Part shown: one piece after another, positions 55,075 to 64,000 of the stretch | How the letters are laid out: each line of letters begins with the position of its first letter | How positions within the stretch are numbered: the stretch's first letter is position 1 | Source of the DNA: an uncultured bacterium | GTDB taxonomy: Bacteria; JAJVIF01; JAPKYR01 | Length of the DNA: 64,000 bases | Reading direction: 5' to 3' | NCBI GenBank assembly: GCA_965369865.1 | Contig: CBDURU010000004.1 | Span: forward strand, 1 to 64,000 | Notes under the pieces: model-generated | Told to the model about the DNA's origin: nothing | What the model saw: the letters and a program-made list of their open reading frames with translations, nothing else | Database searches by the model: none | Translations under genes and position numbers: made by a program

Positions 55075-57240
55075 GTGTCCGGATCAAATAACTTATCCCT
55101 GCTTCTGGCATCAAACAATGATTCGCTTGCAAACGAATTAATTGATGCCGGTTTAAATATCTCCCGCAGTAGCGACGGTTTCGAAACTATCCGCATGGCC
55201 ATTGAATCGAACCCGGACGCGGTTATCCTTGACTGTAAAAACAATGGGCTTCCACCTCCTTCAGTGGCAATCTGGTTAAAACTGAACCCATCGACTCATT
55301 CACTCCCTGTCATAGGTTTAAACGGAGGTGAAATGTTCTGGCAGGAGGCTGTGATCGATGCGGAAATTCCGTATGGCGATTCAATCGACAAACTTGTCTC
55401 GATCACAGAAGAACTGGTCAGAAACAAACGTGTGCTCAGTGATCAGGATAAAAACGAGATAATTCAGAATTTTGATCCATTGGATATAACCCTGGACCTT
55501 ATTTCAACCTACCGGGAACGTCTCGGGCTGGCAAGTGCCATGATCGAGCTCGCAAGCCTTCAGCATGACCTTGGCGATTTCGAATACACGATTAAGTCAA
55601 TTCTTGAGGTGACCGGACATGCAATTGGAAGCAAGCTGGTAGCCCTTACGCTTATTCGAGAGCGTTCGCATTATATCCTGGTGCGCGGTAACGATTCCTG
55701 CGATTCAGATCTGGTAAAGCTCGAGGATTATTCCTTATCGAGACTAAACGAGTATATGGACAAACCGGTTGAAATTGACGACCAACTGGTTTTTGGACGT
55801 CGCAAGGTTAATAAAAATGCCGGGAATCCTGAGATTGAATGTAATTTTTTCGGGCATCCGATTTATTCAAGCGGTAAAACCCTCGGCTACCTGTCAGGTA
55901 TAATCGAAAACGATCATTCCACACAATATCTATATGATGGACTGCTTTCCGATCTGACCGCTCAAATCGCGCTTTTACTTGTTAACACCGAACTGATCGA
56001 AACACACGACAGCTATGTAGGTGAACTTTCGAAGGTGCTTCGAGCGGTCGTTGAGGTTTCAAGTATCAGCCCCCTGTCGGAAACCACATCGAAGGGCTTT
56101 CTCCTTCAGTTTCTCCTGATCGTTCTCGAACTCTGTAACACAAACAAGGGTTGCGTAATTCTTTACGATTCGGAAAGTGAGGAGATAGAAGATGTCGCCG
56201 CGCTTGGGGTGGAAGAGAATGAGATTCTCTCGTCCCGTATGGACCTTGGGAAGAGCCTCATAGAAACTCTACCGGAGTTGCCGAAATCGGAAGTTCATAT
56301 CGACACGGCAAATCTGGGGCACGGAAGAATATCCAGGCTTGTTGTGCCGCTTGCCGCAGGTGAGAAAATTATGGGCGGACTGGTTGTTCTTGGATTCCCG
56401 CTCAATTTAAGTCCCAGGATCATCAAGTCGGTTACCACACTGGCGACGCTGGCAGGGTACTTCCTCGACAATCGTGCCCTCCATCAACACAGTATAAAAA
56501 CATCGATTATGGAGGACCAGCTTAAGTTCGCCAGGGAAATCCAACTGGAAATGTTGCCCGACGGTAATCCCGAGTACCCCGGTTACGATATTTTTGGATG
56601 CAGTATTCCCGCTAAAGAAGTGGGGGGAGATTTCTTCGATTACCTGCGGCAGGACGGTCTACTGGGTATTTCGGTCGCGGATGTGTGTGGAAAAAGCATA
56701 CCCGCAAGCCTTTTAATGACAATGACACGTGCTCTCGTGCTCTCGGCATCCGAGTCTCGCGATCATCCCAACGAGGTCATGCAGTCGGTTAATGCACTGC
56801 TCACCCGGATAATTACCAGGGGTAAATTCGTGACGAGTTCGTTACTTTATATCTCTAAGGATAATATCGATTACGCGTCCGCAGGACACCAGCCTCTTCT
56901 TGTTTACCGCGCCGCAAATGATGAATTTGAAGAGATCGATCCCGATGGAGTAGCACTTGGAATTGTTGAGCATATGGATTTTGAACACGTCAATTTTAAG
57001 ATGAACGGCGGGGATATTGCCCTGATGTTCACTGACGGGCTTAACGAGGCAATGAACTCGAAGCGCGAGCAGTTCGGATACGAAAATATACGCACTATTA
57101 TCCGATCAAACTCGGCAAAAGGGGCGCAGGAGATTGTGGATACATTATTTAATGCCATCAGGAACCATGCCGGTGGCGCAGATCAGTTCGACGATACCAC
57201 TATTGTGATTATAAAGAAAATCAAAGAAGGGAATGAATGA
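55075..57240 (+). CDS. PP2C/SpoIIE (RsbU-like) phosphatase with a degenerate N-terminal receiver and GAF-like domains
   Basis: PDAVILD REC-like N-terminus; VGGDFFDY, VADVCGK, FTDGLNEA and QFDDTT metal-binding motifs. Confidence 0.88.
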   Translation: MSGSNNLSLLLASNNDSLANELIDAGLNISRSSDGFETIRMAIESNPDAVILDCKNNGLPPPSVAIWLKLNPSTHSLPVIGLNGGEMFWQEAVIDAEIPYGDSIDKLVSITEELVRNKRVLSDQDKNEIIQNFDPLDITLDLISTYRERLGLASAMIELASLQHDLGDFEYTIKSILEVTGHAIGSKLVALTLIRERSHYILVRGNDSCDSDLVKLEDYSLSRLNEYMDKPVEIDDQLVFGRRKVNKNAGNPEIECNFFGHPIYSSGKTLGYLSGIIENDHSTQYLYDGLLSDLTAQIALLLVNTELIETHDSYVGELSKVLRAVVEVSSISPLSETTSKGFLLQFLLIVLELCNTNKGCVILYDSESEEIEDVAALGVEENEILSSRMDLGKSLIETLPELPKSEVHIDTANLGHGRISRLVVPLAAGEKIMGGLVVLGFPLNLSPRIIKSVTTLATLAGYFLDNRALHQHSIKTSIMEDQLKFAREIQLEMLPDGNPEYPGYDIFGCSIPAKEVGGDFFDYLRQDGLLGISVADVCGKSIPASLLMTMTRALVLSASESRDHPNEVMQSVNALLTRIITRGKFVTSSLLYISKDNIDYASAGHQPLLVYRAANDEFEEIDPDGVALGIVEHMDFEHVNFKMNGGDIALMFTDGLNEAMNSKREQFGYENIRTIIRSNSAKGAQEIVDTLFNAIRNHAGGADQFDDTTIVIIKKIKEGNE

Positions 57241-58019
57241 AAATGGCTGCAACCAAAACATCAAGGAAAAAAATCAGGAAAAGTACAACTCGAAAAAGTA
57301 CCGGAATTAAGAAATCGACAACGGTTAAGACTGTCGGAAAAAAATCCCGCACTAAAAAAACTACTTCAGGAACCAGGGCAAAATCATCCAACACTAAAAT
57401 TACAGCGACCCGCCCTGATGTTGTTGGACTTCCGGAACAGGATAAACACCTCGTTGGGAATGTACTCAACACCGAAACAACTCCTGGGATTATTCCGGAG
57501 TTGCCGATAGAGCCTGAACCACGCACCGACATTTCGATCGACCGGATCGCGTCAGAGATCTCGAGCACTGACACTGACTTCGGAAAAGGGTCGGAGCTGA
57601 ATACCGGGACAACCTCACAGGAAACCATGGTTACTGCGATTCTCCCTGATGGCGGTTTCGATATCAGCCGTAAGGTCCTTGCGCGAATCGCATCACTGGC
57701 CGCGAATGAGATCGATGGTCTCCTCCCTCCGCGCAACGATGCGTTTATTAAATTGATCGATTCTATGCATGGACGCACCGACGGCATAAAGGTCAATGTC
57801 GGGTCGACTGAAGCCGCGGTCGATATGCATATCCGTGTGCAATATGGAACCCATATCCCCGATGTGACCGAACGCCTTCGCGAAAACATCACCAGGCGTA
57901 TTCATCAAATGACCGGTCTCAAAGTCACGGAAATCAACATAAGGGTCCAGGATGTGACAACGGCGGATGATCCTCAGCCTGAAAAAACTGCCGGTGATCG
58001 GCATGCAACTGCTTTGTAG
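57237..58019 (+). CDS. Asp23/Gls24 family protein with a Lys/Thr/Ser-rich N-terminal extension
   Basis: ISRKVLARIASLAANEIDG...GIKV...VDMHI.VQYG..IP.V...L.E.I...I..MTGLKV.EINI.V.DV; ATGA overlap with the upstream gene. Confidence 0.85.
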   Translation: MKMAATKTSRKKIRKSTTRKSTGIKKSTTVKTVGKKSRTKKTTSGTRAKSSNTKITATRPDVVGLPEQDKHLVGNVLNTETTPGIIPELPIEPEPRTDISIDRIASEISSTDTDFGKGSELNTGTTSQETMVTAILPDGGFDISRKVLARIASLAANEIDGLLPPRNDAFIKLIDSMHGRTDGIKVNVGSTEAAVDMHIRVQYGTHIPDVTERLRENITRRIHQMTGLKVTEINIRVQDVTTADDPQPEKTAGDRHATAL

Positions 58020-58065
58020 CGCCAGGCCTGGATAAAACCAATCGAGGGCGAACAAGCAGGTTGTT

Positions 58066-61000
58066 ATGGGTAAATTTACAAAAATATGCAGCATCGGATC
58101 AAACTGGATCTCAATCCTGAGATCCAGTAAGAACAGCATGCTTTTCGTAATGGTGATCGCCTGTTTTTCCCTGCTGTTGTATTCAGGTATCGTTTACTTC
58201 TCAACAACCAACCGGGTCATGGAACGACAGGTTATTAACCTTGCCATTTCAAGCCTGGTTGCGACTCTCAGCAACGCCTATCCCTCAGCGATTAACAGTT
58301 TCGCCGCCGGTTCCAGCAATATTGAGGTTATTGAATCCCTGCAGAATCCTGCAGCCGATCACACCAACGCTGACCATTTCATCCCTTTCATCCTGATCGG
58401 TAATATGGAAATCATCGGTGGAAGTAATCTTCCCAATCATATAGAGGCCGACCTGGTGAAGGTTTTAAGTGCGGACCCTTTTTCCCGGAACCGATTCCCG
58501 TTGGGTGATGAATATGCCGATTCATACATTGTGAAATCAGGCAGAGGTCTGTTTGTTGCAGTAGTCTCACCGGTTACCGAATCCGGCGTGCGGATCGGTT
58601 TGCTGCGCGATATCAAATACCTGCTTTCCTTCGCAGGAAAAATCGAACGTGCTCTTATCGGTTACATGGTCCTGGCTTATCTGGTGTTAATGGTACTCCT
58701 CGTCATTGTACTAAAGATTATCACAAAGCCCCTGGTAACCCTCACCGCTGCCGCAGAGCGTTATGCTAAAGGGGATTTTGATTTCACTGTAGCTGTCCAA
58801 ACCGGTGTCACTGAAATGATAATACTGACCGACGCGTTCAATCGCATGGGAGAAGAGCTTAAACTCCAGCATCAATCGCTCGAGGCGTATTCCAACAAGC
58901 TTGTCGAAGCGAATCGCAAGGTGAGTTCGGTAGTTGAAAAACTCAGCATTCGGAATTCTGAACAACAGGTGATGATCGAAGCATCCCTTAAGGCCAATAA
59001 GCTTGCAACGTCCAATGACGTGGTCAGGATGATGATGGAGCTGCTGAGGGATAATCTCAATCTGGAACACCTTGTTTATTTCCTTGAAAATGAAAATGAA
59101 GAATTAATTCCAATGGCTTATCCATGGCTAACTGATCCAGACATGGATACGATAGATGAAAAAACATTTAATGCGGTAAAAGCCTGCCTGGATACCCTCG
59201 AACCACAAATTGTCCCGGCTGTCCGGGAGGGAGCGTTCCATCTTAATATGTTAAGCGACAAGCTCTATATTCCTGTCTCAAATATACTTGGCAGACTGGG
59301 GGTACTTGAACTCACTTCCGACATTGGAAAATCATTCGATCCTGAGACTCAACAGTTCTGCATGCATTTTATTACCCACATGGAAGTAATTATCAGGAAC
59401 AAATCCCTGTACCATGAGACAATTCGAAGGAGCCACGAACTCGAACGAATCAACCAGATCTCTCAGGCAATTTCCGGAAAGCTTGATATGGAGCCGCTTA
59501 TCAGGGATGTTGTCGAATACACCGAGAGCACTATCAAGGCCGATTGTGCATTCGTAGGGCTTATCGTGAGATCCAGGCTTGAAATTATGCATATACAGCC
59601 CGATGTACCGGGTATCGAATCCTGGGCCGTGGATATTGATAAGAATAATATAATTTCCACAATCGTGAATTCGGCTCAGGAGCTGCTTATCAGCGATATC
59701 CATGATAGCGTGGATTATTTCGATGAAATAAACAGCCCTTTCATCAAAGCTAATGGTTTTAATTCAATTATTGGCTGTCCGATTCTCAACAAGGGCCAGG
59801 TTACCGGTGTTATCTGTGGATTTTCACACAAAACCAACGCGTTCACATCAAGCGACGCCTATTTCCTTGGCCTTCTGGCAAGCCAGGTTGCCATCGCACT
59901 GGAGAATGCCAGGTTGTTTGATGAGATTCTGACTCGAGACAAACGAAGGGATCATCAGCTCAAGATGGCTCAGAAACTCCAGGCTGACCGAATGCCGGCC
60001 TTCTTCAAGCAGAATGTCGCCGCGGTAAGCTGTGAACTTCAGCCTGCCGATGAGCTTGCCGGTGATTTCTGTGATGTATTCTCTCTGGGTCGTCACTCGA
60101 TTGCCATTGTTATCGGTGACGTTGCCAATAAGGGTGTTGCCGCAAGCCTGATGACATTCAGCATTCTCTCCATGTTCAGAAACGTTGCTAAAACCCTTAA
60201 ACCCCCATGCGATATCCTCGACACGATTAACCGTTCACTGATCGGTCAGGTCAAAGAGGAAGGCTGGTTCGCCACAGCTTTTTACGGTAAGCTAAACACA
60301 AATACAGGCACTTTCACGTACTCTTCGGCAGGACACGAGCAGCCGATCTGGTATCATGCCGATACCGGTGAAGTTGAGAAACTTGATGTTGAGGGTTATC
60401 CGCTTGGACTCTTCAAGTGCTTCACCTATGAAACCGGCGAATTTGTATTGAAAAAGGGTGATCGGATCGTTTTTTATACCGATGGGGTCACTGACGCGGT
60501 CGATGAAAATAATAAGCGTTTCGGCCACCATAGACTGCTTGGTTTTGTCGCTGACAGTGGACATCTTTCAGCCGAGGAATTCACCTCAACCCTGGTAAGG
60601 AAGGTCGAAGAATTTACAGGGGGACGTAAGCAGAAAGACGATATAATCGTTTCGATGCTGGAAATGCAGGAGGACCCCTGGATACATAAGTCAGTTAAAT
60701 TCTCGGAATCCGCCCAGCTTATACAGGACATCCTCGACGGGCTTGCCCCATATGAGCTTTCTCCTGAAGAAACTTATTCGATCCGCCTCGCGATTGATGA
60801 AGCCCTTGCAAATGCCTGGAAGCACGGACTCAATGAGGATGATCAGGCACCATTCAAAGTCAGTTACCTTATCGCAGATGAAGGATTCAGGATTCGGGTC
60901 ACAGATCCCGGTTCCGGTTTCGATCACGAAAGCCTGCCTGATCCGACCGTTCCCGAAAACCTGTATAAGGCCAACGGACGGGGCGTGTTCCTCATCCGCC

Positions 61001-61239
61001 AGATGATGGATGAAGTCGAATATAACAGTAATGGCAACGAAATTTCCGTAATGAAACGATTTGTGCCATCTGATGACCGCGGAGAGGGAACCTACGATGA
61101 CCTTGTCCTGCCTGCCAGGCTTGACATCGTTAAACAGCGGTCGTCCCTTGACAAGGCTAAAACCGCAGAAGCTTCCAATGAAGATGAGGTTTCGGAAGCT
61201 GATAAAGCTGATAATATTGTCAAGCCCCAATTCGATTAA
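58066..61239 (+). CDS. Membrane sensor: TM-HAMP-GAF-GAF-PP2C/SpoIIE fused to an RsbW-like HATPase kinase
   Basis: Two TM helices; ITKPLV.L...A...AKGDF HAMP; QVAIALENARLF GAF end; LAGDFCD, GDVANKG, YTDGV and DDI; AIDEALANAWKHG, D.GSGFD and GRGVFLIRQMMD. Confidence 0.9.
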   Translation: MGKFTKICSIGSNWISILRSSKNSMLFVMVIACFSLLLYSGIVYFSTTNRVMERQVINLAISSLVATLSNAYPSAINSFAAGSSNIEVIESLQNPAADHTNADHFIPFILIGNMEIIGGSNLPNHIEADLVKVLSADPFSRNRFPLGDEYADSYIVKSGRGLFVAVVSPVTESGVRIGLLRDIKYLLSFAGKIERALIGYMVLAYLVLMVLLVIVLKIITKPLVTLTAAAERYAKGDFDFTVAVQTGVTEMIILTDAFNRMGEELKLQHQSLEAYSNKLVEANRKVSSVVEKLSIRNSEQQVMIEASLKANKLATSNDVVRMMMELLRDNLNLEHLVYFLENENEELIPMAYPWLTDPDMDTIDEKTFNAVKACLDTLEPQIVPAVREGAFHLNMLSDKLYIPVSNILGRLGVLELTSDIGKSFDPETQQFCMHFITHMEVIIRNKSLYHETIRRSHELERINQISQAISGKLDMEPLIRDVVEYTESTIKADCAFVGLIVRSRLEIMHIQPDVPGIESWAVDIDKNNIISTIVNSAQELLISDIHDSVDYFDEINSPFIKANGFNSIIGCPILNKGQVTGVICGFSHKTNAFTSSDAYFLGLLASQVAIALENARLFDEILTRDKRRDHQLKMAQKLQADRMPAFFKQNVAAVSCELQPADELAGDFCDVFSLGRHSIAIVIGDVANKGVAASLMTFSILSMFRNVAKTLKPPCDILDTINRSLIGQVKEEGWFATAFYGKLNTNTGTFTYSSAGHEQPIWYHADTGEVEKLDVEGYPLGLFKCFTYETGEFVLKKGDRIVFYTDGVTDAVDENNKRFGHHRLLGFVADSGHLSAEEFTSTLVRKVEEFTGGRKQKDDIIVSMLEMQEDPWIHKSVKFSESAQLIQDILDGLAPYELSPEETYSIRLAIDEALANAWKHGLNEDDQAPFKVSYLIADEGFRIRVTDPGSGFDHESLPDPTVPENLYKANGRGVFLIRQMMDEVEYNSNGNEISVMKRFVPSDDRGEGTYDDLVLPARLDIVKQRSSLDKAKTAEASNEDEVSEADKADNIVKPQFD

Positions 61240-61328
61240 TAATTCCCAACTGGCCAACCTGGGTGGTAAATAAAAATTCTCAAACATCGATGTTCAGGGG
61301 ATTTAATGTTGTTAGAGGTGTTTCATGC

Positions 61329-61356
61329 TGCTATAATCGCTCTGAACATTGGGAGG
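61329..61356 (+). promoter_or_regulatory. Extended -10 promoter and Shine-Dalgarno of the LysA-like gene
   Basis: TGC-TATAAT (61329-61337) and GGAGG (61352-61356), 10 nt before the ATG at 61367. Confidence 0.6.
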
Positions 61357-61366
61357 ACCCGTTATT

Positions 61367-62803
61367 ATGAACAGGTATCTTACCTACCAGGAAGGGGAGT
61401 TCCTCTTCGAAGATGTAGCCTTGAGCGAGATCGCGGAAGAAATGTACACTCCGTTCTACGTGTACTCCAAGGCGGCGATATTTGAAAAAGTTGAGGCCTT
61501 CAAGCAGGCTTTTAACGATGTAAAGCCCATGATGACTTTCAACATGACGGCTCTCGACACCACGTTGATCCTGAAAATGCTGCAGGAGCGTGGATGTTCC
61601 CTCGCTGTCTCGAACCTGTCGGAGCTGAAACGGGCTATCGCCATCGGCTTCCCGCCAACATCAATCATTTTTAACTCATGCGGTGTCGCGGATCACGAAA
61701 TATCCGACCTCCTTAAAATCAAACCATTAATAATAAATGTCAGCAGTATTTTTGAGCTCGAACCTCTCAATACGTTTGGTGTAAAACTGGACACTGGCGT
61801 CAGGGTCGGGCTCAGGATCAATCCTGGAATAGATGTCGGAGGACTGGAAGGCGCGAACTCAGGCGCATCCGACAGCCGCGTCGGCATACAGAAAAATGAG
61901 TTAGATCTCGCGCTGGCTATGATCGAAAAATTTCCGCAGCTTAATTTTGTGGGGATCGCCTGCGACTTGGGCAGCCAGGTTGCCACACTCGCCCCCTGGA
62001 TCAAAATGTCCCAGGACATGGCCGCTCTCTACAAGGAAATTAAAAATAAGGGGCATAATCTCGAATACCTCAACCTCGGTGGTGGATTCCCCGCAGCTTA
62101 CAAGGATGTCGATTACCTTGAAATAAAGAAAATCGCGCGGAATATTATCCCCCATGTGGAGGATATCGAGTGTTGTATCGTTCTACAGCCTGGACGATAT
62201 TTCACCGCTGAATCAGGGGTTCTGGTTACTTCCGTGCTTGGTGTAAAGGAAGCCGGTGCTAAAAAGTTCATCATCTGCGATGCTGGATTTTCCGAGTTTC
62301 CACGTTCCGCTCTGTACCGGATAAACCATGAAATCGTACCGGTCAAAGAACCCGCTGCTCCCATACCTGAACAAGCGTCCGCATTCGGAATTGGCGGAGA
62401 TTCGACAGATCCTGTCGATGCAGCTACCGGCATGCACGATCCGGGTGAAATAATGGACCGTTCTGAATTGCCCGGTGAAGATGCGGTTGCCCCCCTGGCC
62501 GCGGAGCAGACCGAAGTCCCCTCAACTCCCGGTGACGCGGAAACGGTCCAACTGGTAGGGCCGGGTTCCGATGGACTTGATTATCTCGCCAGGGATGTCG
62601 AGATGTTTATTCCCGAAAGAGGCGACCTGCTTGCTGTCCTGAATGTCGGCGCCTACGGCAGGACGATGTCGAATAATTTAGAGTCAAGGCTCAAGCCCCC
62701 TGAAATTTTGATCGAACGGGATAAGTTTGAACTCATCAGGGAACGCGAAGTAACCGACGACCTGATTGGTCTTGACCTTGAAGAAAGCGGCATCGAGGTT
62801 TAG
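61367..62803 (+). CDS. Diaminopimelate decarboxylase (LysA)-fold protein, predicted catalytically inactive
   Basis: Collinear with LysA (TPFYVYS, LRINP, GSQ, LGGGF, PGR, GAYG, LIRERE) but the PLP Lys, His, Glu and catalytic Cys positions are substituted. Confidence 0.85.
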   Translation: MNRYLTYQEGEFLFEDVALSEIAEEMYTPFYVYSKAAIFEKVEAFKQAFNDVKPMMTFNMTALDTTLILKMLQERGCSLAVSNLSELKRAIAIGFPPTSIIFNSCGVADHEISDLLKIKPLIINVSSIFELEPLNTFGVKLDTGVRVGLRINPGIDVGGLEGANSGASDSRVGIQKNELDLALAMIEKFPQLNFVGIACDLGSQVATLAPWIKMSQDMAALYKEIKNKGHNLEYLNLGGGFPAAYKDVDYLEIKKIARNIIPHVEDIECCIVLQPGRYFTAESGVLVTSVLGVKEAGAKKFIICDAGFSEFPRSALYRINHEIVPVKEPAAPIPEQASAFGIGGDSTDPVDAATGMHDPGEIMDRSELPGEDAVAPLAAEQTEVPSTPGDAETVQLVGPGSDGLDYLARDVEMFIPERGDLLAVLNVGAYGRTMSNNLESRLKPPEILIERDKFELIREREVTDDLIGLDLEESGIEV

Positions 62804-62888
62804 GTAAATCCAATTAAACAAGTACGTCGTATTGGTAAACGATTGCTTACAGACTTGTCTGGGGATTTATCCTGTCGAGGTAACCGCA

Positions 62889-63764
62889 CTACTTTTCTGG
62901 CTTCAGAACTTTTTTAACGCTTGAATACGCCATAAACCCGGTAATTACGATCGTTATTAACATTACCAGGATGACTAGAAGAATATCAATTACTGGTATT
63001 CCACCAGATACAAGGAGACTATATAATCCTGCCCAATTAACAAGAACAACGTTAATAAACCAGAATATAATCCCAATGCATCCAAAAATTATGTAACTCA
63101 AGATTACATTCCTGAATCTAAGGCTCGTGAAGATCGCCAGCAATGCGTAACTTACCATCAGACCCACATGGACCAGGAGAGAAACGGATAACTGGAATGG
63201 ACCAGGCCCGGGCAGGCAGAATATAAACGGATTGTGTGCATAAAAAGCAGATATGCTGTAAAACAGCCGGGCAACCAACGTTACTGTCGGATAAATGGCA
63301 AACGATATCATCTGCAAAACTACCAGGGATTTAAATCCGTCCATTGGGTTTTGACTGATAAGATTGAGCTTCCCGCTGTCCGCATCATGCCTCATAAGTA
63401 ACCGTCCCGGCCAGTGAAGTATCCAGATCGCGTAGAGAAATCCTGCAAACAGCACAAAATATATAGGTGTCAATCCGGGTGCAAGCCGGCTCAGGGGATT
63501 AATGTAGATAGGATTGCCCTGCGTTCCATAAATATAGATCGCCGGAAGGATGATCAGGTAGATCAGCTCGAAAATGAGACCGGTATTTCTGACAGGTTCG
63601 TCTTCGATCATTTTTCTGGCCAGAATCGACAGGAACGGATCCTTGCTCCGGCTTATCAACCTGAGCAATTGAAGGCGTGGTGAAAATCTCGCTAACCCTG
63701 TAAGTTCAATTTCCGAAATACCGGAGGTTTGACTCACAGTGGAGTCGGATTGTGTAGTTACCAT
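62889..63764 (-). CDS. Hypothetical multi-pass membrane protein
   Basis: 291 aa with about six hydrophobic segments; AT-rich; SD-like AAGGA. Confidence 0.65.
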   Translation of the reverse strand: MVTTQSDSTVSQTSGISEIELTGLARFSPRLQLLRLISRSKDPFLSILARKMIEDEPVRNTGLIFELIYLIILPAIYIYGTQGNPIYINPLSRLAPGLTPIYFVLFAGFLYAIWILHWPGRLLMRHDADSGKLNLISQNPMDGFKSLVVLQMISFAIYPTVTLVARLFYSISAFYAHNPFIFCLPGPGPFQLSVSLLVHVGLMVSYALLAIFTSLRFRNVILSYIIFGCIGIIFWFINVVLVNWAGLYSLLVSGGIPVIDILLVILVMLITIVITGFMAYSSVKKVLKPEK

Positions 63765-63898
63765 CGTCCTTTTTCCCTTCCAATCTCCACATATTCAAAG
63801 GCTTCAGTATACTACCAGACCTGAGTAACCTTCCCAGGAATGAAATATTACTACTATTTCAGGTGCTAAAGCAAAAAGCTTTGTATAATAAAGTGACT

Positions 63899-64000
63899 AT
63901 GGGAACGGTTGAGGTTTCAAAATTCGCTTTTAAACCTGTACAAAAAAGTTCCGGCAGTGAATCTCCGTCGCGGGTGATTTTCAACTATGCATACCGTCGA
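63899..64000 (+). CDS. Partial CDS running off the right edge, product unknown
   Basis: TATAAT at 63884-63889; ATG at 63899; frame open to the window end (MGTVEVSKFAFKPVQKSSGSESPSRVIFNYAYRR). Confidence 0.4.
   Translation, partial: MGTVEVSKFAFKPVQKSSGSESPSRVIFNYAYRR

Overview
A 64-kb stretch of a bacterial chromosome, roughly 50% GC by eye. It is probably a diderm: TonB-ExbBD, an SLBB polysaccharide-export protein and several lipoproteins are present, alongside an Asp23/Gls24 gene. The backbone is housekeeping: lysS, alaS, a glycogen operon (DUF4912-like, glgC, glgA, GH57 branching enzyme), ugd, an NtrX-like regulator, a K+-independent membrane pyrophosphatase, an AddAB-type helicase-nuclease pair, hflX, hutI, an OFA-family MFS transporter, a radical SAM protein and a PP2C/SpoIIE partner-switching operon. 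Small AT-rich accessory inserts interrupt it: a RAYT-type HUH transposase, an IS66 remnant followed by a YhdJ-like methyltransferase and a putative endonuclease, an unexplained translationally coupled two-gene cassette (220 aa + 927 aa, 39121-42566) that looks like an unnamed effector/sensor defence module, and a DUF5678-like gene with a truncated partner. Other points of interest are a full-length LysA homologue that has lost essentially all PLP-binding and catalytic residues yet keeps its expression signals, two families of REP-like palindromes (one as a 3 x 50 bp array upstream of alaS, one in long and short forms 36 kb apart), and repeated leaderless-type promoter geometry. No rRNA, tRNA or CRISPR array was found. 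Family calls come from motif recognition by eye; no database searches were run.
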